This document shows positions 25,001-38,995 of a stretch of DNA of 64,000 bases, in pieces; position 1 is the first letter of the stretch; every line of letters starts with the position of its first letter. The DNA comes from Tubiluchus corallicola (lineage: Eukaryota > Animalia > Priapulida): assembly GCA_030141605.1 (NCBI GenBank), contig JAQGDQ010000810.1, forward strand, positions 29,212-93,211. Reading direction: 5' to 3'. The notes beneath the pieces were generated by a model. It ran no database searches. It worked only from the letters and a program-made list of their open reading frames with translations, and had not been told where the DNA came from. The translations under genes and the position numbers were made by a program.

Positions 25001-27065
25001 TGCATATTTGAACAAGGTCTAGCTGATGAATGAACATTTTTTCTTCATCTTGCAGCCGCCATGTTTGTTTTTGTATATAATTTGTTTTTCTTTCTGCTGT
25101 ATATTTTATTAGTTCACTCAAGGCACGTCTCTCCTGATTTGTAAACGGTCACCAAATGTGTCTGTGCGTTGTTACGAAATTATTTGCTATTTTGTTATTA
25201 AATTTGAAATGAAACTAAGAATTGAACACTAGCAGCAGTTTCTAGGCCTGTAATTGCTTGGCATTGATGAAAAACGGCGAATTGTCGAAATTGGTCTATT
25301 ATTTGTACCTTTTTCTGTTAATAGATGGCGCCAACGAAGCAAAAGTGCTCCTATCCCGTATGCATTCAAATCGAGGTTTGTTTTGTTAATAATTGAAAAA
25401 AATTATGTGTTAAAACCATTCAGGTTTCGGTACATTCATAATAAAGTTTATTTTTGTGTAAATTTGAAAACTGCCCAGTGTGTTATTTATTTCGGTTGGG
25501 GGGTTTATTACTAGTAGTTTGAAAACGCATTTTTATTCGAGTTTTTCCATTTCGAGTTGACCCGACTGTGCAACCTCGATCTCTAATAAAATGCTATTGT
25601 TACGTTTCCTGTATGCCCGATGATTGAACGTGCTCTAAAATGGTTTATATTATTATTATTATGAAAGAACTGTATTATTATTATTAAATAAAAAGTTGAA
25701 ATAATTTGATTGCTGTGTTAAATTTTGTGTCCAGATTTCTCATTGTAGGAACGCTCGCTGTGGTATTCAAATCAAATAAATTATTTTTCATCCCAATAAC
25801 AATACAAAGAAACATAGATATAAATAAAAAAAAGCCAAACAAATGGGAATAGGTGGCGAGGAACATTAGTTATCGAATCAGCCACCCTAAAGCGAGTATT
25901 AAATTAGTATTATGTAGTGCTGTAATTACATATTAATTGTATATAAACTGAAGTATACACACACACATATAAACCGTAAATATATGTACTATAGTAATAT
26001 TAAAAAAGAAAAAAGTTATATCATTAAATTATGTATTTCATTTGCCTGTGTTTTTCTATACATAAAATTTTCTAATTTTTAACTAAGAAAACGAAAATAA
26101 AATTACCAGAAACTAACAAAATTGCTACTATAATATTGACTTAAATATTAATGTTTCATTTCGAGTTGAAATAAAAATATGAAAATATAACTGTTTATGA
26201 TATCATGCTACAGATCAATGTTAATTAATGACTCAATGAACTTAGGAAAATAATATAACATGTAATAATACAGAAAAGGTAATCAGTATCCCAATCTGTG
26301 GATACAGTCAGTAACTAAATATATGTATATATATATATACACTACGTATGTGTGCACAAGGCTTAAGAAATTCGTCTTGTAACTTTATATGACTTACGTA
26401 CTATCTTATTGCATGTAGAGTTTGCATTAGCTGCAACACTGTATAATACTAGAAAATTTAAACTCTCACGATGACACTTGTGTAGCCATTTTAACGGTAA
26501 GTCAATGGAAAAGAGTTTAGATCCCATTGAGTAAAGTTATAAAAGGTATTCAGAGCGTTCGTAGCGCACCCTTCAGTAACTGAGCAAAAGCATAAAATAT
26601 TTCGCATTGTCAATATGTTTTTCGTGAAGCAATGGTGCACACTGGGATGGTGAAACAGTGACGTTTTACTACGTGCGCAAACATTTTAAATTAAGAATCT
26701 TACGATTGCAGGCAACTTGGACCAGCGGTCATTTACAACATAAATTCTTTACGAGTTTTGATAGAAATGTCTGCGAAGGCGAGTTTTAAAAGTAGTTAAA
26801 TTAATGGTGTTTAAGAGAAATTACGACTTCACGCGGTAAAGAATTCCGTATCTTGATTTTGTTTCTTAACTCGACAAGCAAATCTGTACAGACGCACACT
26901 GAGTCGAACCTGAGGCTTTGCTATGTCCAGGAAGCCTTGTAACACTAGACAATACAAAAATACGTTTATATAGTCGACAAAGCTGTGGAGAAACCAGTAA
27001 TGGTCATTTCACACTGAGGACGCGAGAAGAATTGCTGACAGAAAATATTTAGAAAATTTCCTATT

Positions 27066-27097
<32 letters not shown>

Positions 27098-27824
27098 TAT
27101 TTGTCATTAAAATGGTTCACTCATTATAATAAAATTGAGTAAGCCTCAGCGTAATGTTAAGATAACAACAATGTTCAAGACAAATGTGTCCAGTGCGTAC
27201 TAAAAAAACTAAAGTGCAAAACTAAGGCTTAATTATATACAATAACCGAACATATTTACAAACACCGTATTAAAATATTTTTACAAAACAATATTACAGA
27301 AGTACATTAAATTTTACATGACATATTTTACACCATATATACATTTGATATGACACAAATAACAGAAACATGCTTTACATTACATAAATTTCACTCATTG
27401 CGTTCACACTATTTGTACATGTGACATTACAAAACTAACATAACACGCATTACATTACATAATTTTTTTTAAAAATTACATTCTTAATCGTTTTTTCTCG
27501 AAATCACAGAGTAAGAAAGTTCATTTCTTTCCGTGCGTCCAGCTGCTTTGCGAGTTTTATAATCACGTCTAAAATGAAGTTATACATGCCGTATTTCATA
27601 TACAAAGTACAATAATTAATAATTTTAGTCAATGTTATGTCACACCTGTTCGTTTTTTAGTAAAGTTCTTGTTGTGTTTTGTTTCTCTCGGAAGGTTCGT
27701 AGAGAAAACCAGAAAACACTTCGTCAAATTAAACTAGTTTATTAAGCGAGAATTCTACAACACAAAAGTATGAAGGAACACGAAATGTTTACACTAAACG
27801 TGAAAATCTACCGTAATTAAGTTA

Positions 27825-28163
27825 CCGTATTTATTCGAGTATAACGCGCAAAATTTTCTACCTAAAAAAGAACTCAAAGTTTGGGTGCGCGTTATAAACG
27901 AGGGCTGGGGTGAGGCGTAGCTAAGGAAATAATCAATAATATTTGCGTCATCAGAAGATTTTGTAAGACGGTGCCTGGCCCACGGAAATCGAGCAGCTAG
28001 CCGAGAATTCACTGTACCAGAGACGAACGTTAGAGACTGAAATTGTTCAATAACGTTTGTCACTTACAATTCTTGGTCTGAGCCGAGAAAAAGTGAAACA
28101 AAATTTTATACCGATTTTTAATCGAAAATTAGGGGTGCGCGCGTTATACTCGAATAAATACGG
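27825..28163. mobile_element. Tc1/mariner (pogo/Tigger-like) MITE
   Basis: TA TSD; TIR ccgtatttattcgagtataacgcgc. Confidence 0.88.
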
Positions 28164-28937
28164 TATTTTAATAGTTACATGATAAATTTGTTTATTGATC
28201 TTTTTGCACTAATTTTCCTCTTTGTTAAGTTCTTATCCTGTATAATTGTAACTATTAGTCAATAAATCTAATCTAATCTTGCATTAATAAAATGTAAAAT
28301 GGTCAGTCTGTTAAAACAGGGATTAAATCTTATAATTTTATGCTGAAATGTGTTAATTGTTGTGAGTAAGAATAAAGTGTTTCCTTGACGCCTAATGTAG
28401 AGGCTGACTAGACAACATAAAAAGACATTCATTATAATTAAATGTTATGTTGTCTCATCAGCCTCTCTACATTAGGCGTGAACGTCACAAACGTACCCTT
28501 GTCAGGACTCTACACGTCTTATTCTTGACTATTTGTGTTGATAACAGTTCACTAAAGATAATCATGTACTTGAGTAGATCAGTCGATTTTCTTTTCTCTT
28601 CTTTTCTTTTCTTTTTTTCTTTTCTTTTCTTTTTTCTCTTTTCTTTGCTTTAGCTTTTCTTGTTTTCCTTGACCTCATTCCGTTCTTTTCTCCCATTTTC
28701 TTTCTTTTTTGCCTCTCCTTTCCTGCCATTTTTTCTCTTTATTTTTGTTTTTTCTCTTTTTCCTCCTTTTCATTTTCTTTCTTATCTCCCCGTGTCGCTT
28801 TTCCCCTCTGTTACTGTTTAAATCTTCTCCCTTTCTCTCTTTCTCATCTTTCTGTCGAATTCTGTCAAAAGTAGCGTCTTTAATTTCATGAAAAAAGGAT
28901 TGAAAGCGTTTACGAAAACTGATGAATCTCAGTTTAT

Positions 28938-29600
28938 AATTATGAATTATGAATTATGAATTTATTCCACAGCAACTTAAACATACACACAAGTTGATAT
29001 TACACTGAAAAAGAAATAAACTATGCGAGTTACTGTGAGGAGGAGGAAGGAGCATTGAGCTTTCGAGTCCTCCTCCAGATAAGTGAAACAATTGACAATT
29101 AACATTACATTTTCATCAGTTATAGCGTACATTAGGACAAAATAAGTTTTGTTAGTAACTTAAGATCAGGATGAGTAAAATTGTGAGTTAATTATACCGT
29201 TGTAGTAAGTAATTCTTTGATGCTTTTTTAAATTGATAAAGATTAAGAGTTTTCATTTCACGCGGAATTGATGACCATATTTTAATAGCATCATATTTTG
29301 ATGACTGTTTCATTATATTTGTTTTTGGAAGAGGGAGTACATAGTTTTCGACTGAATATCTTGTGTAATGATCATGTTGATTTGAAACTGGACTAAAGTA
29401 TGACTGAAAAGCTGGTGGAAGTAGTGAATTATGATAGTGATACATGAAATGTAGACAATACATGTCATATATTTCTTTCACTTTAAGAGTTTTAACAGAC
29501 AAGTAAATTATATTTGTGGGATGGTCATACCTTACATGGTATTATTAGTTTGAGAATTTTGTTTTGGGTAATTTGTAAAGCTTCCAAATAAGTTTCCTTA
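28938..29600 (-). mobile_element. 5'-truncated LINE (CR1/L2 group) 3' end
   Basis: ORF2 C-terminus (LLPPAFQSYF...HDHYTR...KIWSSIPREMK...FKKASKNYLL*) with a (TTCATAA)n tail; second copy at 48910-49372. Confidence 0.85.
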
Positions 29601-29778
29601 TAAACCTTTTAATACTTGAAAGGCACGTCTTTATAAACAAAATTGTACGTAAGATCGTCGGTAAATCCGTTCTGAAAAATTCACTTTTTTTACTTTTAGT
29701 CGATGTAAAGTGAATCATATATACGGCCTATACTGATAACGTCTCACACAGTTTTGAATGCATGTGATACAAGACTTA

Positions 29779-30068
29779 CGACGCGTTCAGACTAGCGAAT
29801 TTTGTCTGTTACAACAAACTTGCAAGTGTGAACTGCTTTGCGAGTTACTGTCGGCGAGTTACCGCAAACTCTTCCGTGGTTGCAGTCTGCTGTCTAGATT
29901 CACTGTCTAGTGTGTCTGCTGTACTGTCTAACTACGCCTTCGTTACTCTCGACACTTCTCGCAGTGAATAGAGCAGCGAGTGTCAGTAACTCGGAGAGTA
30001 ACTCGCAACAAGTTTTGCTCTCTAGTCTGAACACGCTTGCAAGAAAACTCGCTAGTCTGAACGCGCCG
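29779..30068. mobile_element. PIF/Harbinger-like MITE
   Basis: TIR gcgttcagactagcga/tcgctagtctgaacgc; TTA on both flanks. Confidence 0.75.
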
Positions 30069-30400
30069 TTACTGATCGAAATTCGTCTTTGGAACGTGTA
30101 AATGGGATTTTAATTGAAAAGGCTTAGAAGCCATTCTTATTCAGGGTTGTGCCTTCCTTATACTATAAATAGGGGCGATTACTCATCTCAATGTTAACAA
30201 CATTCAGCGTTACTTGTTCTCCTATATCTTAGACTAAATTAAGCGAATACGCGCAAATATACTTTTTTACTTATAGCAGTGAAAAAATACTATGCGATTA
30301 AACTTGGTGCCTGTTTTGATGAAACCAATTAATGTGAGAATCACGTGATACATTGTGCTTACTATTCGAAGTCTCTGCAGTCATTAGGCCTATTTGACAA

Positions 30401-31461
30401 CAGTGGCGGCTCGTAGCTAAAATTAGGGGGGTGCTGATTCAGAAAATTTTTAATACTGTGTAAAACGTAACAAACACCTTTAATTTTAACATTGTAGTTA
30501 TATTTGAAGATCGAGTGTTGAACAACCTCTTTTATTAACTGCATAATTCTCATGGAGAGACAATTGTGAAAAATTAAGCTGTTGTAGTTCACTTACAATC
30601 ACAGAACTTATTTCTTGGAGATGCAAGGCGTCCATTATTAAATAATTTATGTTTCAAGCAGGCACGCTAAGTTTATACTTTATCATATCCAAGTATATGA
30701 TGGTACACGGTAAGCACGTGGTATCGTTACTGTGATAGAGACAGTACTTTTCTACCTAGCAACAGACGATAGCCTACAGCGTGTTATTTCAGACATGTGC
30801 GCATGGCCGCATGCGCACAACAGCCAAACACCACGTTGCTTGGGCTGTGAAGTAAATCGTACTTCCCTCACATGCTCCGGTTCCGCACAAGAACTCAAGA
30901 AAAACTCTTATTATATTGAATAATATCGATAATAATGAGTGAAGACAGGGGGTGCTGTAGTACCTATACACGAGCCGCCACTGCTTGTAACGTACAGGGG
31001 GTGCTGTAGTACCTATACACGAGCCGCAACTGCTTGTAACGTACAGGGGGTGCTGTAGTACCTATACACGAGCCGCCACTGCTTGTAACGTACAGGGGGT
31101 GCTGTAGTACCACAGTATCTATACACGAGCCGCCACTGATTGTAACGTACAGGGGGTGCTGTAGTACCACAGTACCTACCTACACGAGCCGCCACTGCTT
31201 GTAACGTACAGGTGGTGCTGCAGTACCTATACACGAGCCGCCACTGCTTGTAACGTACAGGTGGTGCTGCAGTACCTATACACGAGCCGCCACTGCTTGT
31301 AACGTACAGGGGGTGCTGTAGTACCACAGTACCTACCTACACGAGCCGCCACTGCTTGTAACGTACAGGTGGTGCTGCAGTACCTATACACGAGCCGCCA
31401 CTGCTTGTAACGTACAGGGGGTGCTGCAGTCCGCAGTACCTATACACGAGCCGCCCCACTG
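30401..31461. mobile_element. hAT-like MITE with tandemly amplified right end
   Basis: TIR cagtggcggctcgt/acgagccgccactg; 8-bp TSD tttgacaa/cttgacaa; ~10 copies of a ~49-61-bp unit at 30945-31461. Confidence 0.85.
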
Positions 31462-31869
31462 CTTGACAAACAGTAAAGCTCTCGGAGTAATTTTGCGCCA
31501 AATATAGATTTTGTAAAACTACAGGCAGGAAATGAAAGAAACGAGTGTTATAATTTCATTAATTTTGCCCTCTCGTTTGTCAATTACAGTTTGAGCTGAT
31601 GAAATATATTATGCCGACATTAAGCGCCCATTTCAGAAATTTTTGTTTCCAAATTCTTCACTGATATATACGTCTCCGCCAGCTGAGAGCCCTCTAGACA
31701 TTAAGTGAAAATAATTTACTGTGAAAGTTGTTACAAAATATAAGTATATTACTTATAAATAGATTAAAATTCTATTTATCAAAGTCTGTAATGCTACCAT
31801 TAAAGAGAAATGTCTCTAGTTACAATATAAATACATAGATTTACAGCAGCTTCAAAGAGTCCGTTGGTG

Positions 31870-32266
31870 TGTAAAAGTTAATTAGTATTAATAAAAGAAG
31901 GACCTTGGACAAGAAAAATAAAAAGACGCCGTTTAAGATGGATTGGGCAAATGCTTAGACTACCTGATGATATTCCAGTGAAGATAGCTCTTCAACAAGC
32001 CGTAGAACCAGCTAAAAAACCTGCAGGAGGACAAATGTTAACATATTTAGATTTTGCACAGAAAGATTTAAACACTTCAGCATTGATCCTTAGAAATAAA
32101 TGCACTTGGGGCATTGCGGCAAGCAGGGAGTCCTGGCATAGGGAGGTGAACAGAATCATGTCACTGGACGTATGATTCATTGGATGATGATGATGATGAT
32201 GATGATGATCCTGCTGCTGCTGCTGCCTGCTGCTGCTGCTGATGATGATGATGTTGATGATGATGC

Positions 32267-32335
<69 letters not shown>
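31870..32335 (+). mobile_element. 5'-truncated RTE-clade LINE 3' end with (GAT)n tail
   Basis: IKRRRLRWIGQMLRLPDDIPVKIAL...AASRESW resembles the RTE ORF C-terminus; (GAT)n at 32183-32334. Confidence 0.8.
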
Positions 32336-32486
32336 GTAGCAGTATATCTTATGATAAACGTTAAAAAACAGTAATTAATTTATTGCAATTTGTAGGTGTG
32401 GTATTTAATATTTCAAAAACTTATTTTAATTTTGTAAATATCAGAATATCTCTTCTGTCTTTCTTGTGTTTGACTTGCACACATCT

Positions 32487-34820
32487 ATGTGGGCCTCGTG
32501 TTGGCATTATGTTGTAAAAGTTGAATAAACTGATTTGAAGAATCCAACATTCACGTTTTTGCTAATTGTCACTGTGGGCCTATAATGCTGACATTATGTT
32601 GTAAAAGTTGTATAAACTGATTTGAAGAATCCAACATTCACGTTTTTGCTAATTGTCACTGTGGGCCTATAATGCTGACATTATGTTGTAGAAGTTGTAT
32701 AAACTGATTTGAAGAATCCAACATCCACGCTTTTGCTAATTGTCACTGTGGGCCTATAATGCTGACATTATGTTGTAAAAGTTGAATAAACTGATTTGAA
32801 GAATCCAACATTCACGTTTTTGCTAATTGTCACTGTGGGCCTATAATGCTGACATTATGTTGTAGAAGTTGAATAAACTGATTTGAAGAATCCAACATCC
32901 ACGCTTTTGCTAATTGTCACTGTGGGCCTATAATGCTGACATTATGTTGTAAAAGTTGAATAAACTGATTTGAAGAATCCAACATCCACGCTTTTGCTAA
33001 TTGTCGCATGGGCTTATAATGCTGACATTATGTTGTAAAAGTTGAATAAACTGATTTGAAGAATCCAACATTCACGTTTTTGCTAATTGTCACTGTGGGC
33101 TAATGTTGGCATTGTTGTAGAAGTTGAATAAACTGATTTGAAGAATCCAACATTCACGCTTTTGTTAATTGTCACTGTGGGCCTATAATGCTGACATTAT
33201 GTTGTAAAAGTTGAATAAACTGATTTGAAGAATCCAACATCCACGCTTTTGCTAATTGTCACTGTGGGCCTATAATGTTGACATTATGTTGTAAAAGTTG
33301 AATAAACTGATTTGAAGAATCCAACATCCACGCTTTTGCTAATTGCCACTGTGGGCCTATAATGCTGACATTATGTTGTAAAAGTTGAATAAACTGATTT
33401 GAAGAATCGAACATTCACGTTTTTGCTAATTGTCACTGTGGGCCTATAATGCTGACATTATGTTGTAAAAGTTGAATAAACTGATTTGAAGAATCGAACA
33501 TTCACGTTTTTGCTAATTGTCACTGTGGGCCTATAATGCTGACATTATGTTGTAAAAGTTGAATAAACTGATTTGAAGAATCCAACATTCACGCTTTTGC
33601 TAATTGTCACTGTGGGCCTATAATGCTGACATTATGTTGTAAAAGTTGAATAAACTGATTTGAAGAATCCAACATTCACGTTTTTGCTAATTGTCACTGT
33701 GGGCCTATAATGCTGACATTATGTTGTAGAAGTTGAATAAACTGATTTGAAGAATCGAACATTCACGTTTTTGCTAATTGTCACTGTGGACCTATAATGC
33801 TGACATTATGTTGTAGAAGTTGAATAAACTGATTTGAAGAATCCAACATCCACGCTTTTGCTAATTGTCACTGTGGGCCTATAATGTTGACATTATGTTG
33901 TAAAAGTTGAATAAACTGATTTGAAGAATCCAACATCCGCGCTTTTGCTAATTGTCACTGTGGGCCTATAATGTTGACATTATGTTGTAGAAGTTGAATA
34001 AACTGATTTGAAGAATCCAACATCCACGCTTTTGCTAATTGTCGCATGGGCTTATAATGCTGACATTATGTTGTAAAAGTTGAATAAACTGATTTGAAGA
34101 ATCCAACATTCACGTTTTTGCTAATTGTCACTGTGGGCTAATGTTGGCATTGTTGTAGAAGTTGAATAAACTGATTTGAAGAATCCAACATTCACGCTTT
34201 TGTTAATTGTCACTGTGGGCCTATAATGCTGACATTATGTTGTAAAAGTTGAATAAACTGATTTGAAGAATCCAACATCCACGCTTTTGCTAATTGTCAC
34301 TGTGGGCCTATAATGTTGACATTATGTTGTAGAAGTTGAATAAACTGATTTGAAGAATCCAACATCCACGCTTTTGCTAATTGTCGCATGGGCTTATAAT
34401 GCTGACATTATGTTGTAGAAGTTGAATAAACTGATTTGAAGAATCCAACATCCACGCTTTTGCTAATTGTCACTGTGGGCCTATAATGCTGACATTATGT
34501 TGTAAAAGTTGAATAAACTGATTTGAAGAATCCAACATTCACGTTTTTGCTAATTGTCACTGTGGGCCTATAATGCTGACATTATGTTGTAGAAGTTGAA
34601 TAAACTGATTTAAGGAATCCAACATCCACGCTTTTGCTAATTGTCACATGGGCCTATAATGTTGACATTATGTTATAGAAGTTGAATAACCTGATTTTGA
34701 AGAATCCAACATCCACGCTTTTGCTAATTGTTGCATGGGCCTATAATGTTGACATGTTGTAGAAGTTGAATAAACTGATTTAAAGAATCCAACATTCACG
34801 CTTTTGCTAATCGTCACTGG
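32487..34820. repeat. 87-bp minisatellite, ~27 copies
   Basis: Unit ctgtgggcctataatgctgacattatgttgtaaaagttgaataaactgatttgaagaatccaacattcacgtttttgctaattgtca. Confidence 0.96.
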
Positions 34821-35222
34821 GAGCTGTGGCTTCACTATATCTGTAGCCGAGGGGCCTACGAAATCAAATCCGGTCCTTTATGCATCATTATTGTTATCAC
34901 GGACATAAGGCCAACCGTCGAACGCATTAATCTTAACAATTATAATGAAGCTGGATATTTTCCGAATTGTTGAATCCACTGCGCACGCGCAAGGAGCACT
35001 GATTTGCAGGGAGATTAGATCTTTTATAATAAAAATGACATTGAGACGTGACATTTTCTTGTTTTCGTTCATGTTGCGCTTTGATGAAACCAATAAAATG
35101 AGTCACGTGATATGTAACTACTTTAAATAGCGCACGGCTGTCATTATTGTTTTGACCCGTTATTATTTTGTCGTGAACGGACAAGCACAGATGAAACTTA
35201 GTACAGAAACAAGAAGGCTGAT

Positions 35223-38200
35223 ATGATTTATGACAACTGTTCAGATTTGAGTAACATAATTATCGGTAAGTGACATACTGTAAGTTAACTAGCATTTAGC
35301 ATAGCATCACAAAGTTATGAAACATCATACACCTTGTTCTGAGATTGATATTACCGTAAACCTCGCTTAACGGCACCCCGTTTAGCGACGTTGAACGTTT
35401 GACACCTTTTTTCACTTAACGACACACGTTTCATTTTAACGATGATTTTTTTACTTTGCTGAAAACCAGTTTTCATTAGTCAACAACTTTTTTTGCTTAA
35501 TTTGAAGCATTAAAATAGCATTACTGGGTTATTCCGTTTTTTTTTTGTTTTGTTTTTGCTTCCGGACTGACTACCATACTAGCTCCGGTTTCTGTCAAAC
35601 GAGACCTGTGAACAAAGTTTGCGCCAAGATATTCTACGTGTAACCTGTTCCTATAGTAACTAGACTACATAGTAGATAATACAGTACTCTGGTACGATAA
35701 AAAGGCTGTAAGTGGAGCAGGGGCGTAGCCAGGTTCTAAATTTAGGGGAGCAAGCACATAAAAAAGACGTATGCCATATAATTTTCAACACGTTCATTAT
35801 ACGTTTTAATTTTGTTTTTAAAATTGAAATTAGCAGGAAGTTACAGTCTTAAAGAAAGTGCATAATTACTATTTTGTATTTAAAAAATAAAATGATTCAA
35901 ATTTTATTGCACAAGTGAACTAAATAGTTTAAATAATTCTCGCTCCCCATGCTTTCCTAGCTACGCCACAGAGCAAGATTTTTTACTGGCTTCGTGGAAA
36001 AAGTTATCATTGACAAAAGTTACGAATCACAGGCATGATTACCTTTGCAAATGCAGTTCATAAAAACTTTTGCTTTTGCCGCCACAATAAGTTCCTAAAT
36101 GACCCCATTTTCAGCCAAGATCATTATGAAATTATTGTTAGTTCAGCAAAGACTTAAAGGACAAGAAAAGGGGCACCTGAAGTAGGTTTTAGAAAAATCA
36201 CCTTAAAAAATTCTATTACTTTATAGCAATTTTATGCGTATATCGAACTCGCACTGAAAGGAATTTTAGTTTGTTTTCATTTTAAATCTCCCGCAATACT
36301 GTTCCGAAGTCGCCATTACATGACGTCATGTACCAAACGTAAATCAAGGGAAGAAAAAGCAATGTTAAATAATGTCTCAAAAGACTTTCCGTGCAAATCT
36401 ATATTACTTAAATTTTCGCTTACCTACTAGAAAGACTTGCGTAACTAGAAAAGAAAATTATTAATTATTTAAAATGTTTTCACCAATTGGTAAAATGTCG
36501 TTGACTCACCCTCCAGGGTGCACCACTTACTAACCAAAAACGTGTTTTAAATCTTATTGACAAGATGCAGTAATTTTAAATTTTATTTAGTTAGTGACTT
36601 GTGCCCTACGAATGCTCTGATTATTTTTTCAAACTTTACAAAATGTTATCTAAACTTGTTTCAAATGACTTAGAGTTAAAATGGCTGCGTCTATCCGTCA
36701 TCGTGGGAGTTTAAATTTACATGTTTTATACAGCGTGACTGCCGATTGAAGTCCTGTACGCAAAAAGCCAGCATGTAACGGCACGGACACATGCTCCTTC
36801 TAATGTGAGTTATTTTATTCATGCCACTTCATATATTTCACAGGTCAATCCAATACGTCCACATCTCTACGTGACGGCAACAACTTTCTGGGAATTGGAC
36901 TTAAGTTGACAGCGGTTACATTCATCGCCCTGGTGGCATTTTTTGGCAATGTCTTGCTTGTCACCAGCATCTGGAAGCTGAAGCAGCTGAGGACACCATC
37001 CAACACTCTTCTCTTCTCTTTTGCATTTGCAGATATTTTGGTTGCAGTCATCGATCTACCATTCACTATTATTGCCATTGTTCATGGGTAAGTAGTCATC
37101 GATCTACCGTTCACTATTATTGCCATTGTTCATGGGTAAGTAGTCATCGATCTACCGTTCACTATTATTGCCATTGTTCATGGGTAAGTAGTCATCGATC
37201 TACCGTTCACTATTATTGCCATTGTTCATGGGTAAGTAGTCATCAATCTACCGTTCACTATTATTGCCATTGTTCATGGGTAAGTAGTCATCGATCTACC
37301 GTTCACTATTATTGCCACTGTTCATGTGTAAGCAGTCATTTATCTACCGTTCACTATTATTGCCATTGTTCATGGGTAAGTAGTCATCGATCTACCGTTC
37401 ACTATTATTGCCATTGTTCATGGGTAAGTAGTCATCGATCTACCGTTCACTATTATTGCCATTGTTCATGGGTAAGTAGTCATTCATCTACCGTTCACTA
37501 TTATTGCCACTGTTCATGTGTAAGTAGTCATCGATCTACCGTTCACTATTATTGCCATTGTTCATGGGTAAGTAGTCGTTGAGCCACCGTTCACTATTAT
37601 TGCCATTGTTCATGTGTAAGTAGTCGTCGATCTACCGTTCACTATTATTGCCACTGTTCATGTGTAAGTAGTCGTTGATCTACCGTTCACTATTATTGCC
37701 ACTGTTCATGTGTAAGTAGTCATCGATCTACCGTTCACTATTATTGCCATTGTTCATGGGTAAGTAGTCGTTGAGCCACCGTTCACTATTATTGCCATTG
37801 TTCATGTGTAAGTAGTCGTCGATCTACCGTTCACTATTATTGCCACTGTTCATGTGTAAGTAGTCGTTGATCTACCGTTCACTATTATTGCCACTGTTCA
37901 TGTGTAAGTAGTCATCGATCTACCGTTCACTATTATTGCCATTGTTCATGGGTAAGTAGTCGTTGAGCCACCGTTCACTATTATTGCCATTGTTCATGTG
38001 TAAGTAGTCGTCGATCTACCGTTCACTATTATTGCCACTGTTCATGTGTAAGTAGTCGTTGATCTACCGTTCACTATTATTGCCACTGTTCATGTGTAAG
38101 TAGTCATCGATCTACCGTTCACTATTATTGCCATTGTTCATGGGTAAGTAGTCGTTGAGCCACCGTTCACTATTATTGCCATTGTTCATGTGTAAGTAGT

Positions 38201-38953
38201 CGTCGATCTACCGTTCACTATTATTGCCACTGTTCATGTGTAAGTAGTCGTTGATCTACCGTTCACTATTATTGCCACTGTTCATGTGTAAGTAGTCATC
38301 GATCTACCGTTCACTATTATTGCCATTGTTCATGGGTAAGTAGTCGTTGAGCCACCGTTCACTATTATTGCCATTGTTCATGTGTAAGTAGTCATCGATC
38401 TACCGTTCACTATTATTGCCACTGTTCATGTGTAAGTAGTCATCGATCTACCGTTCACTATTATTGCCACTGTTCATGGGTAAGTAGTCATTGATCTACC
38501 GTTCACTATTTTTGCCACTGTTCATGGGTAAGTAGTCATTGATCTACCGTTCACTATTTTTGCCATTGTTCATGGGAAAGTAGTCATCGATCTACCGTTC
38601 ACTATTATTGCCATTGTTCATGGGAAAGTAGTCATCGATCTACCGTTCACTATTATTGCCATTGTTTATGGGTATGTGGGCAATCATAGTATCTTAGTTT
38701 CCATTCTGATTGAAATATATGCGGGAAATGTTGAATTCATTTATCCTGAAATTAGACACGTTTTAAGTAACGTATTCTTATCAGGTGTGTAATATAGATC
38801 ATTTTATTGTGCCATTACCGTTAAAATTCTGCTGAAATACCGGCGAAAATCCAACAGACTCTTTAATTTTGTTTTTCACTCTTTCCCTCTCTATTTTTCG
38901 TTAACTCACTCACTCTCTCATCCTCCCTCTCTCTCATTTCTCTCTCTCTCTCC

Positions 38954-38995
<42 letters not shown>

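Noticed and set aside
23359-25015. Repeat-protein ORFs (NIVYSTAETTNNATQQS..., Cys/Leu-rich frames)
   Set aside because: They are translations of a minisatellite; 65-bp units shift frame repeatedly, and there is no splice or start context.
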